Shown here one piece after another: positions 1 to 8,441 of a DNA stretch of 39,580 bases. Numbering within the stretch: the stretch's first letter is position 1; each line of letters opens with the position of its first letter. This DNA is from Candidatus Roizmanbacteria bacterium (GTDB lineage Bacteria > Patescibacteriota > Microgenomatia > UBA1406), in contig JANLHL010000038.1 in the NCBI GenBank assembly GCA_024654535.1, positions 1 through 39,580 on the forward strand, given 5' to 3'. The position numbers were made by a program, and so were the translations under genes. The notes under the pieces are model-generated. The model saw nothing but the letters and a program-made list of their open reading frames with translations. It did no database searches and was not told the origin of the DNA.

Positions 1-1
1 T

Positions 2-125
2 ATGGGGTTAAAATCATCTGTCAAAAGGTGGGTTTTTAGCTCGTTCCTCACTAAAAATCCTTTTTGACTCTGCTTTGCTCCGCAAAAACTTTTGACAGAC
101 CACTTTCGTTTGATTTTCACCCCAT
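2..125. repeat. Large branched inverted repeat upstream of radC
   Basis: 2-16 pairs with 111-125 (14/15), TCTGTCAAAAG 17-27 pairs with CTTTTGACAGA 89-99 (11/11), and 30-39 pairs with 51-60 as an inner hairpin. Confidence 0.8.
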
Positions 126-203
126 GCCCCTTTTTTTGCATGATAGGAATAAAAATCTTATCTGCACATTATTAATTTATTAAAGAAAGGGGGTGAGATC
201 GAG

Positions 204-620
204 ATGATTATCAAACTGCAAGATGCCAAAGTATCAGTAGCGAGTCCTAAGTGTGTATTTGAGCTGTTAAAAGCTTACTTTAAGACACTTGATGATTTTG
301 ATCAAGATAAAGAACACTTTTTTGTTTTTCATCTGGATATTAGAAACAAAATCAAAATTATGGATTTGGTTAGCGTTGGGACTCTGACACAGTCGTTAGC
401 GCATCCAAGAGAGGTATTTACAAGAGTTATTCATAAGAGAACACCAGCGATAATACTTGCCCATAATCATCCATCAGGTGAAACAAGTCCGTCTTATGAG
501 GACATAAGCATAACTAAACGCTTGTGTGAAGCTGGAAAGATACTCTCAACAGATGTAATAGATCACATCATTTTTACTGATAAAGAGTTCTATAGCTTTA
601 AAGAGCATGAGCTGATTTAG
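204..620 (+). CDS. radC: RadC-like JAB-domain protein
   Basis: KEHF..., AHPREVF, and JAB motif HNHPSG..PS..D, VIDHII. SD-like GGGGGTGA upstream. Confidence 0.92.
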   Translation: MIIKLQDAKVSVASPKCVFELLKAYFKTLDDFDQDKEHFFVFHLDIRNKIKIMDLVSVGTLTQSLAHPREVFTRVIHKRTPAIILAHNHPSGETSPSYEDISITKRLCEAGKILSTDVIDHIIFTDKEFYSFKEHELI

Positions 621-663
621 AGGTAGTAGTTATTAATTTATTCCCTTAAAGGAGGTGAAAGTT

Positions 664-981
664 ATGAAATTATTAACAAAGGAGTTGTTACTGAGATTTG
701 AGAAGGTTGGTAGACAAGAGGATGATAAAGATCCGATTGTTATTGCAAAGTTCTTTAATCCAACAGGAGCAGGTACTTGGCTTGCAACCGAATATGATCC
801 TAATTCAAAAGAATTTTTTGGATTTGTATCGATATTTGGTGATTACAATGATGAGTGGGGATACTTTTCTCTTGATGAGCTAGAAAGCTATGTTGGTAGA
901 TTTGGCTTAGGCATTGAGAGAGATCTGCATTTTGCCGAGCAAAGAATGAGCAAAGTAATGCCAAGTGCGATATTAGAGTAA
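664..981 (+). CDS. DUF2958-family protein
   Basis: KFFNPTGAGTWLATE, EWGYFSLDEL and IERDLHF motifs. ATG 664 follows the SD GGAGGTGA (651-658). Confidence 0.85.
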   Translation: MKLLTKELLLRFEKVGRQEDDKDPIVIAKFFNPTGAGTWLATEYDPNSKEFFGFVSIFGDYNDEWGYFSLDELESYVGRFGLGIERDLHFAEQRMSKVMPSAILE

Positions 982-990
982 GTTAAAATT

Positions 991-1028
991 AATCCGTGGG
1001 TAGCGAAAGTTACCTGCGGATTGTTTTA
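991..1028 (+). terminator. GAAA-capped hairpin, copy 1
   Basis: AATCCGTGGGTAGC-GAAA-GTTACCTGCGGATT followed by GTTTT. Confidence 0.7.
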
Positions 1029-1063
1029 CAAAGTATAATTAGTAGTTAAAGGATACAAAAATT

Positions 1064-1222
1064 ATGATAAACCCATTACTAACCGAACCGTTTGAAAGTG
1101 AGATTTTAGAACTGATTGAAAATAGAGACGAGTTTACGACCAGTGATCTGCAGGGTGTTGTAACGGTACTGGTAAACAAGATCATGGAGCGAGGGCACGA
1201 GATACTTAAAGAATCAGAGTAG
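1064..1222 (+). CDS. 52-aa acidic hypothetical protein (below the ORF-track cutoff)
   Basis: Hand translation MINPLLTEPFESEILELIENRDEFTTSDLQGVVTVLVNKIMERGHEILKESE. TATAAT at 1034 and AAAGGA at 1048 upstream; fills the space between the two hairpins. Confidence 0.65.
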   Translation: MINPLLTEPFESEILELIENRDEFTTSDLQGVVTVLVNKIMERGHEILKESE

Positions 1223-1230
1223 GTTAGATT

Positions 1231-1271
1231 AATCCGTGGGTAGTTGGAAACAGCTACCTGCGGATTTTTTT
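1231..1271 (+). terminator. GAAA-capped hairpin, copy 2 (intrinsic terminator)
   Basis: AATCCGTGGGTAGTTG-GAAA-CAGCTACCTGCGGATT plus a T-run, between convergent genes. Confidence 0.8.
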
Positions 1272-1279
1272 ATGTTCAG

Positions 1280-2413
1280 TTATTCAGGAAGTATTGAAGC
1301 ATCATCTCCATTTGACCAAATCCTAGCACGTTCAAAGGGCTTAAAATTTTCTGGTTGATGATACGACCTTCTAGATTCACCCAAATTAAAGGCATGGTAA
1401 TTTACCATTGCGATATCAGCACGTTTTAATAATCTATATTCTCCATGTTCAAGATAATCGTGCTCATGACCTGTGGTTGCATATGCCTTGAGGTTTCTGT
1501 ATTGTACACGTGCTGGTAAACTTTCGTACATTCTTCCCGCAAGAATCAAGCCATATGGATTAGGATCCGGAAGTTCATACCCATGGTAAAGACTCACGCT
1601 ATCCATTGAAACGAAATTTAACGCTAATCCTTCTTCGGGTGTAATGCCAAAAACAAGGTTTGACGTGATTATTGGGTCTGTGGTCTTATAAGATTGTGGT
1701 ATTGGAAATCGTTTTGCAGGCTCTCTGCGCTTGAATGGTCTGAGTTGATAAATTAGAAATGGATTTAAACCAATTTCCATTTGATAAACCCAATCAGGGT
1801 CAATTATTCCACTAGCTTCTACCTCTCGATAAATTTTCATTGCATCAGAAATTTGATCTCTAGTTATTCCCCAATCTTCGTGGGTCTGCCACAATCCTTG
1901 GTCATCAGTATATCGGGCAAGTGTATGCACGGGTTTCCAGTCTGACTCTCTATATTCTTTTCTATCTATATATTGCATATCAACTCTATCCATAACGTGA
2001 GGATGCCTTAGCATGCTTCCAGCTATGTTGCTTTTAGATTGCTCTTGTAGAAGAACATGCACTTCTGGGGTAAATGACTGACCCCAGTCTGCAGCATGCA
2101 TTTGCAACTCTTTACTCGAGGCAGTTTCTTTAATCAATCGAATCGCACTAGCAAGATCTTCTTCTGTTGTGACATCTCGAACAGTAGGCAAAACATCAAT
2201 ATAACCATGCATATCGTTTTCGTGTGATCCGCGAACGATTAGTGGCTTTGGTAAATCTCTAAATGCTGCTCCAAGAATATTTGGTCTTCCAAGATCTGGA
2301 TAATATAAGTACCGAGACTTAGGAACGGGAAATCCAGCTTCTTCGAGAGCCCGAATACCCTCTAATTTTCCTCCCCCTCGATCGATTGGTATTGGTGGAC
2401 CTTCTTTAAACAT
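1280..2413 (-). CDS. PEP synthase/PPDK N-terminal (ATP-grasp)-like protein
   Basis: GGK...L..AGFPVP, LIVRGS, VLLQEQ, QMEIG and IYQLRP motifs of the PEP/pyruvate-binding domain. Confidence 0.7.
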   Translation of the reverse strand: MFKEGPPIPIDRGGGKLEGIRALEEAGFPVPKSRYLYYPDLGRPNILGAAFRDLPKPLIVRGSHENDMHGYIDVLPTVRDVTTEEDLASAIRLIKETASSKELQMHAADWGQSFTPEVHVLLQEQSKSNIAGSMLRHPHVMDRVDMQYIDRKEYRESDWKPVHTLARYTDDQGLWQTHEDWGITRDQISDAMKIYREVEASGIIDPDWVYQMEIGLNPFLIYQLRPFKRREPAKRFPIPQSYKTTDPIITSNLVFGITPEEGLALNFVSMDSVSLYHGYELPDPNPYGLILAGRMYESLPARVQYRNLKAYATTGHEHDYLEHGEYRLLKRADIAMVNYHAFNLGESRRSYHQPENFKPFERARIWSNGDDASILPE

Positions 2414-2465
2414 AGTATGATCTAATTTGTGCTATTATAGCAAATTTTTTTGAAACACTAGAGTA

Positions 2466-3254
2466 CTATAAGTCTAAGTTCACCTCACTCCATACATCTC
2501 CAGTTGCGCCTAGTTGTCTAATTTGTTCTTTAGTAGTTATTTGAAATGTTAGATTATCTATTTGTTCGTTTCTACAGACTAGTTTTACCTTTTTAGTAAC
2601 ATACTCTTCAATTTCATTGTTTGGGCAGATGAATAGGATTATTGGTGACTGTTCTTGATTGACCCAGTCTCCTTTTGTAAAGAAGGCTATATATTGGTTT
2701 ATCCGGTTGAGAATGAAAAAACGAGGTTTTTCTGGAAATATCTCTGTTACTAAGTATGGTTTCGTCTTCCCCTTGCGGAAGACGAAGAAGGGAAAAATTT
2801 CCTTGATGATTCCGTCTAGTGAATATTCTGATCTTGTGTAAAAGGTAAATCCTTCTTTTGTGCCGTATTTTTTTAGTAAGTCGATATAAATATCTGCAAT
2901 TAGAACACAGTTTTCAATAAATTTAACTGACCTTGTATCTTCTTGATATAGCTTTGCAATATATGATTTTTCTGCATAATCTTGCGTTTTAATAAACTTC
3001 ATTCCATTTGTTTTAAGATAGTAAACCGCAGGTTGATTATTTATTTTCGATTCTGTATCTAGTTTTTGTCCTATGTAGTTTTTATCTGTAAGATCTTTTA
3101 GCCATGCATTTATTCTGTTATGTCTTTTGTGGTTAAGTAATGTTTGTATCTGGGTTCTATTTAGGAATCTGAATTTATAGAGTAAGTAAAGTATAGTTTT
3201 TTGTTTATTTGTTATTGTAGGTAGATTCATTTTTTTATTTAATGATTCGTTCAT
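2466..3254 (-). CDS. Replication-relaxation family protein (wHTH plus nuclease-like domain)
   Basis: N-terminal ILYLLYKFRFLNRTQI...LKDL...YI...PAVYYLKTNG pattern; lies downstream of the coupling protein. Confidence 0.7.
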   Translation of the reverse strand: MNESLNKKMNLPTITNKQKTILYLLYKFRFLNRTQIQTLLNHKRHNRINAWLKDLTDKNYIGQKLDTESKINNQPAVYYLKTNGMKFIKTQDYAEKSYIAKLYQEDTRSVKFIENCVLIADIYIDLLKKYGTKEGFTFYTRSEYSLDGIIKEIFPFFVFRKGKTKPYLVTEIFPEKPRFFILNRINQYIAFFTKGDWVNQEQSPIILFICPNNEIEEYVTKKVKLVCRNEQIDNLTFQITTKEQIRQLGATGDVWSEVNLDL

Positions 3255-3349
3255 TTTGTTAGTACGAATTTTTCTTTTCCTTATTCATAAGGAATAAAGA
3301 ATACAAAATATTTTTTACTTTCCTTGTTGTAGCAACCAATACTCAAAAT

Positions 3350-3376
3350 ATTTTGTGTCAGCTGCTGACACAAAAT
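3350..3376. repeat. Perfect 13-bp inverted repeat
   Basis: ATTTTGTGTCAGC-T-GCTGACACAAAAT. Confidence 0.85.
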
Positions 3377-6054
3377 TAGATTGATTTTCTTCTCGATTCA
3401 CCCTGCTTACTACTGTCTTTTTTCTTATGTTTTGACTTTTGAATCTTTGCCGCAGGTTCAACTATTTTCAACTTCTCATCTAACTTTTTTAAAGTTTCTT
3501 GATCTGCTCCGTATTTAGCTCTTGAATTTTCAATAACTAATTGTTTGGTTTTATCATCTTTAGGAAAAGTAAAATCGTATGTACTACCAGTAAAGGCATC
3601 TTGTGGAATTACGCCATTGATTTTTATGTAAAAGTTAAACGAAGGTAAGTTGGCTATTTGGTGCTCTTTAACATGCGGAGCAAATAAGGGCAAAATAAAA
3701 TCTTCATCTGTTGGGTTACTTGTTCTATACGAAATAACAGTACCTACATTAGCTAAAATTACCTTTAGTAGATCCTTATCTTCAATCTGTGAAATAGTTT
3801 GGTGAGCAAGAATAGTATCAAGCCTGTATTTTCGTGCTTCAGATAATATTTGAGCAAAAGTCATAGTGGCAAAGTTTTGAAACTCATCTATGTATAAGAA
3901 AAAGTCTTCTCGTTTTTCTTGGGATATATGGACTCTATTTAAAGCTGCAAGTTGAAGTTTTAGTATTAAGAGACTTCCCAAAAACGAAGAAATATCCTCA
4001 CCTATTTTCCCTTTTGATAGATCGCAAATGAGTATCTTTTTATTATTCATAATATCGTCAAAATCAAGTTTGCTTTTTTCTTGAGTGAGAATGTTTCTAG
4101 TTGTTTTAGTAGTAAAAAACCTGCCTAATTTATTGGTAATAGGAGAAATAAGCTCAGCTCGTTGAAAGCTTCCAAAACCTTTAAACTCTTTCTCCCAAAA
4201 CTCTTTAAGCAGAGGGTCTGTAAGGTTAGAAACAATTTTATCTCTCAAATTCTTATCGACTAGCATTTTGTATGCAGTAAGTAATGTGGGATTTTCTGTT
4301 GAAAGAATAGCTAAAATAGTATTTCGAAGTACATGTTCCATTCGAGGGCGAGCGGTATTAGATGGGTAAAGTTTTAAAAATACTGAAATAAGGCTTGAAA
4401 CAATAAGATCCTTTTCTCTTTCCATTTCAATATCTGATAAGCCTTTTGTCATTTGCAAGACATTTAGACCAAATGGATGCTCAAGGTCATACGGATTAAA
4501 GTAAACTACGTCATCAATTCTATCTTTTGGGATAACGCCAATAAGTCGGGTGGCTAGGTCTCCATGTGGATCCATAACTGCAACACCTTTTCCGTTTTTT
4601 ATATCTTGATAAATCATTTGCAAAAGTAGCGTTGTTTTACCCATTCCAGTAGCACCAATCAGATACATGTGTCTGCGTCTTTCGTCAAGTGTTAGCCCTA
4701 TTGGAGTAATACTTTCGCCATGTATATTGTGAGCAAACATAATATCTAGGTTTGTGGGGTTTTTGAGAGAAAGTGGTGCTGGTAGGTGGGACGACTTTAT
4801 TGACTGTAAATCTTCAGTTTGTGTAGTTAGTGTAAATGGAAAGTGATAAATAGTTGAAAGTTCTGATACTGAAAAGATTGGATTAGAAGTAAACGAGAAC
4901 AATCGATACTTAAGACGTAAAAAGTTTAATTTGGTAAAGAGTGAATTAAAATATGTTGACTTAACCTTTAGAGCCTGATAGCTAAGATTGGTATATGTTG
5001 CAAAGTTTCCTATAATTCCTTTTTTTCTAAGCTCAATATTCTTTTCAGAAGTTCCAACAACTAAAAGTCGCATAGTTACTTCAAATAAATCTTGATTAAT
5101 TTTTGACTCTACAACTTCTTGTATCTGGCTTTGTTTTGGAGTTAGTTCAATTATTTGATCAGTTGTACTCTTTTCTTGTTCAAGAATATATTTGCTTGGA
5201 TATTTTGGCGATGCCATTGTAAAATCCATTACCCACTTTCCAAGGTCTTTAAGTATGGTGCCCAAAAGGTTAAAGATAAATAAAAACCCTGCCTGTAATA
5301 AATGCAGGACATTATCTAGTTGAGTATTCTGAAGATATGAAACAATTTCTTTGCCTTCATAAATTCGTTTTTGCAATCTAAATAAATAATCTGTTATATG
5401 AGCATGAAAAGTTGGAGTTATTGGAGATGTTACCAGTTGCAAAGAAATGAGCTCGGAGGGCTCAAGTTTAGTCATTTGCCCTGTGATATATGCAATAGGA
5501 TCGTGTTCTCCAAGAACGCCCTGTTCCTTTAAAGGCAAAACATAGGAGTTTTTAAATTTAAATTCTGAAAGTGAGTATTTTTTATTTGATAAAGTTTCTA
5601 TTGAGTTTGGTAAATAGTCAGGCGTTTCTTTTATTTCAATGCCAGGCAAATACGAAAGTAGATTTTTGCGAATAATCGAAACATCCTCTTTTGAAGTGTA
5701 AATTAAGTAGCGAATTCCTTCATTTCTGCTTGAAGCTATTTCATAACTGATTCGTTTTTTGTTTTTAAGTAGTCGATCTAAAAGTGTCGGTTTTGAATCA
5801 AAAGAATGGAGAATAGTAAATAGCTGTTTAGTAGTAAATGCCGTTTGTAACGATATAGATGGAGGTTTTATTTCTAATAACACATACGAGCCTTGAAGTG
5901 ATTTTTTAAACTGTACATATTTAATAACAATAAGACCGATAAAAAAGAATAAAGTGGCGAATAAAAGTACAGTAACCCATGAAATATTGGTTCCTATTAA
6001 AATTAGTTGGGTAAGGGTTGGTGGGATTACATCAGACCAGTTTATATTTTTCAT
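3376..6054 (-). CDS. VirD4/TraD-like type IV coupling ATPase (HerA/FtsK superfamily) with N-terminal TM
   Basis: RRRHMYLIGATGMGKT (Walker A), DPHGD, FFLYIDEFQNF (Walker B), SEARKY, AHQ. Confidence 0.88.
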   Translation of the reverse strand: MKNINWSDVIPPTLTQLILIGTNISWVTVLLFATLFFFIGLIVIKYVQFKKSLQGSYVLLEIKPPSISLQTAFTTKQLFTILHSFDSKPTLLDRLLKNKKRISYEIASSRNEGIRYLIYTSKEDVSIIRKNLLSYLPGIEIKETPDYLPNSIETLSNKKYSLSEFKFKNSYVLPLKEQGVLGEHDPIAYITGQMTKLEPSELISLQLVTSPITPTFHAHITDYLFRLQKRIYEGKEIVSYLQNTQLDNVLHLLQAGFLFIFNLLGTILKDLGKWVMDFTMASPKYPSKYILEQEKSTTDQIIELTPKQSQIQEVVESKINQDLFEVTMRLLVVGTSEKNIELRKKGIIGNFATYTNLSYQALKVKSTYFNSLFTKLNFLRLKYRLFSFTSNPIFSVSELSTIYHFPFTLTTQTEDLQSIKSSHLPAPLSLKNPTNLDIMFAHNIHGESITPIGLTLDERRRHMYLIGATGMGKTTLLLQMIYQDIKNGKGVAVMDPHGDLATRLIGVIPKDRIDDVVYFNPYDLEHPFGLNVLQMTKGLSDIEMEREKDLIVSSLISVFLKLYPSNTARPRMEHVLRNTILAILSTENPTLLTAYKMLVDKNLRDKIVSNLTDPLLKEFWEKEFKGFGSFQRAELISPITNKLGRFFTTKTTRNILTQEKSKLDFDDIMNNKKILICDLSKGKIGEDISSFLGSLLILKLQLAALNRVHISQEKREDFFLYIDEFQNFATMTFAQILSEARKYRLDTILAHQTISQIEDKDLLKVILANVGTVISYRTSNPTDEDFILPLFAPHVKEHQIANLPSFNFYIKINGVIPQDAFTGSTYDFTFPKDDKTKQLVIENSRAKYGADQETLKKLDEKLKIVEPAAKIQKSKHKKKDSSKQGESRRKSI

Positions 6055-6158
6055 ATAAATCAGGGCAATTTATGCTTGGAGTATATCAAAGCCTATAGAG
6101 AATGGGAAGGGAAATACAATTTCTAATCTACTCAGTACTTTCTTGGTACAATTGGAAT

Positions 6159-7010
6159 GTGAAAAAATTGATAGCAAAAACTAGCGATGAGCTTCTTGTG
6201 GAGGATGTACGCGGATTAGCAGCTGATGAAGTTGTTGATGCAATTGCCACCTCCATCCCAGGAATCGATATCGCTTACAAACTTGCAAAGGCATATATGG
6301 GGCGGGGAATGAAGCTACGTCAACAGAGAGTGCTCGAGTGGGTTGAGTTTGTTAGAGATAATCTCGGTGAGTTTAGCAAGCAACTTTTTGATAATGAGCA
6401 GTTTCAAGACTGCTTTGTTCTGCTGATAGAGGGTTATGTTAAAGAGAGGGCTGAGAGAAAACGTAAGCTACATCAACAAATATTATTAGGAATAGCAAAA
6501 CTCACCCCTGAGGAGCTTGAGAAATATCAACTTGAACGGATGCTAATGGTAACTAACCAAATTTCTCTCGAGGCGTTAAATGTTTTAATTTTTATCAGAT
6601 CAAAACTTCTGAAAAAAATTGAAGAGGGTGTACAAGAACAGTTAAAAGATTATAAAGACAAAGAGGGAGTTGAGGGTGTAAGGCTTGAAGATATAACTCG
6701 AAAACGGATAATTGTTTCTGATTATATCAGTAAATGGATACATGAACGGTATAACAGTAATAGCGAAATCGTCAAGAAAAAATACAATTTAACAAGTGGA
6801 TCTTCTAAAGAGCTGAGAAATGAGATTGTATATAAAGAACACCTAAAAGAGATTGAATTAATGGGCCCACTTCCAGAGTTGGCAAATCTAGATTTGCTTA
6901 TAAGGAAAAATGGGGTTGCCACTTGGGGCGGTTCTGTTGGATCTGGATATTCAATATCTGAATTTGGGTATGAATACATTAATTATTTAGGAAATGCAAA
7001 TAATGTATAG
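6159..7010 (+). CDS. Hypothetical protein, Abi-alpha/DUF4393-like
   Basis: N-terminal SIPG helix region, EQFQDCF...KRK, and a C-terminal wHTH-like LANLDLL...ISEFGYEY. GTG 6159 chosen because TGGTACAAT lies 6 nt upstream. Confidence 0.5.
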   Translation: MKKLIAKTSDELLVEDVRGLAADEVVDAIATSIPGIDIAYKLAKAYMGRGMKLRQQRVLEWVEFVRDNLGEFSKQLFDNEQFQDCFVLLIEGYVKERAERKRKLHQQILLGIAKLTPEELEKYQLERMLMVTNQISLEALNVLIFIRSKLLKKIEEGVQEQLKDYKDKEGVEGVRLEDITRKRIIVSDYISKWIHERYNSNSEIVKKKYNLTSGSSKELRNEIVYKEHLKEIELMGPLPELANLDLLIRKNGVATWGGSVGSGYSISEFGYEYINYLGNANNV

Positions 7011-7806
7011 CCAAAGAAGTATTTACTGGCCAGCCTATACCTGGAAAGTACAAACATCATATGCATCTTCTATTAAGGGTAAGTTGTCTAATGAATTCAA
7101 GATATCAGAGGCTGACTTTGAAAAAATATATTTTGACATTTTTGATAAGATCAACGCAAGCTTTTATCATCTAGAACGCTTAAAAGAAAATGAAGAAATC
7201 GCTATTAAGATAGGTACGGAACTCGAAAAAGTTCACATGCCTGGTACTGAGGGAATGGTTGGCATTGTTGCTTCTCCATATGAGCCTATTGGATACGAAT
7301 ACGAATCATTTCTAGTAACATCTAAGTCAACTTTAGATTTCATAGCAATCCTAATAGCAAAAGGTTTTGGTAGAGCCGAAGATAATATTATTTCACTTCT
7401 TAATGAAGTCCAATCAGCAAACTACACCTTAGGCTCCCTAGAAGAGAAGGTTTGTAAATTGTTGCAAAATAATAAGTTTTCAGCTTTATTCCTAGAATAT
7501 AGGAACATAGATAAGGATCAAAAGTCAAAACGCAACTATGCGACTCACAAGGGTTCTCTACCAATAGGAACAATAAATATACCAATTAATAATCCTAAGG
7601 GTGTTTTGCTCAGATCAAAAGCATTAAATCCAAATTCTCCTATTCAACATTCAAATATCCTAAACTCACAGAATCTCGTCGAATATTGTCAAGACCAGTT
7701 TTATCAGATTTGTGATTTGCTTATTGAAACCTTGTCACTGATTACTTGCAGTCTAATCAAAAGTGGGCCGAAAAGTAGTGTGTATCAACAAAGTAGATCG
7801 TCCTGA
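6994..7806 (+). CDS. HEPN-domain protein (Cthe_2314-like), putative RNase
   Basis: YESFL...KSTLD helix and RxxxxH motif RNYATH; overlaps the upstream stop codon. Confidence 0.6.
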   Translation: MQIMYSQRSIYWPAYTWKVQTSYASSIKGKLSNEFKISEADFEKIYFDIFDKINASFYHLERLKENEEIAIKIGTELEKVHMPGTEGMVGIVASPYEPIGYEYESFLVTSKSTLDFIAILIAKGFGRAEDNIISLLNEVQSANYTLGSLEEKVCKLLQNNKFSALFLEYRNIDKDQKSKRNYATHKGSLPIGTINIPINNPKGVLLRSKALNPNSPIQHSNILNSQNLVEYCQDQFYQICDLLIETLSLITCSLIKSGPKSSVYQQSRSS

Positions 7807-7854
7807 GTATGTAATTTTTCGCTGTTTTACTTTGCTTGGAGTTTTTGTGAAGTT

Positions 7855-8043
7855 TTAAAACGGCAGCACTTCTGACGATTTTACTTTTAGTGCTTTGCAA
7901 ATATTCTCTATAACCGCAAAGGTTGGGTTTTCTTCTCCACGTTCTATACCTGCATAATAAGTTACAGATATACCACTAGCTTTGGCTACTTCTTCCTTAG
8001 AACTGCGTAACTTTTCGATTTTTTTACTATGATCTAATTCCAT
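7855..8043 (-). CDS. XRE-family HTH regulator
   Basis: EEVAKASGISVTYYAGIERGEENPTF...ICKAL. Start could be 8043 or 8055. Confidence 0.8.
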   Translation of the reverse strand: MELDHSKKIEKLRSSKEEVAKASGISVTYYAGIERGEENPTFAVIENICKALKVKSSEVLPF

Positions 8044-8055
8044 GAATAAATACAC

Positions 8056-8103
8056 TTGACAACTATCGTTATTTAGATATATACTATCTATATATCGATA
8101 GTT
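8056..8103 (+). promoter_or_regulatory. Sigma70 promoter overlapped by a 19-bp inverted-repeat operator
   Basis: TTGACA 8056-8061, 18-nt spacer, TATACT 8080-8085. IR arms 8061-8079 and 8085-8103 match 17/19. Confidence 0.75.
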
Positions 8104-8111
8104 TTAAACTT

Positions 8112-8441
8112 ATGGAACGACCACTTTTTAATACAAGAGAATTAACACTAGAACAAGAAGTTACTACTGAAACTCAGCCTTCTTATCAAATCCCTGTCTA
8201 TAAACCTACATCTGAAATTTCCCTACAAAACGTTCTGAATAGAGCCTTCCCAAAGCAAAGTGAAGAAAATAAATTTACTCGAACAAGACAGCTGCTGGGA
8301 GAAACAGCTAAGACACTTCCTAATGAACAAATAGAAACTATCGTGACAGAATTTCAATTTCTTATTGATACATGGCTTGATGAGTATGAGAAAGATGTAT
8401 TTAAAGGGCTAACTTTAAAAGAAGTAATAAATGAACCATGA
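8112..8441 (+). CDS. Hypothetical protein coupled to the recombinase (possible directionality factor)
   Basis: ATGA overlap with the recombinase start. Function inferred from position only. Confidence 0.6.
   Translation: MERPLFNTRELTLEQEVTTETQPSYQIPVYKPTSEISLQNVLNRAFPKQSEENKFTRTRQLLGETAKTLPNEQIETIVTEFQFLIDTWLDEYEKDVFKGLTLKEVINEP

Noticed and set aside
975-1271. Duplicated hairpins as integron attC sites or a CRISPR array
   Set aside because: Only two copies, no RYYYAAC/GTTRRRY box arrangement around the stems, no integron integrase or cas genes, and terminator-like T-tails.
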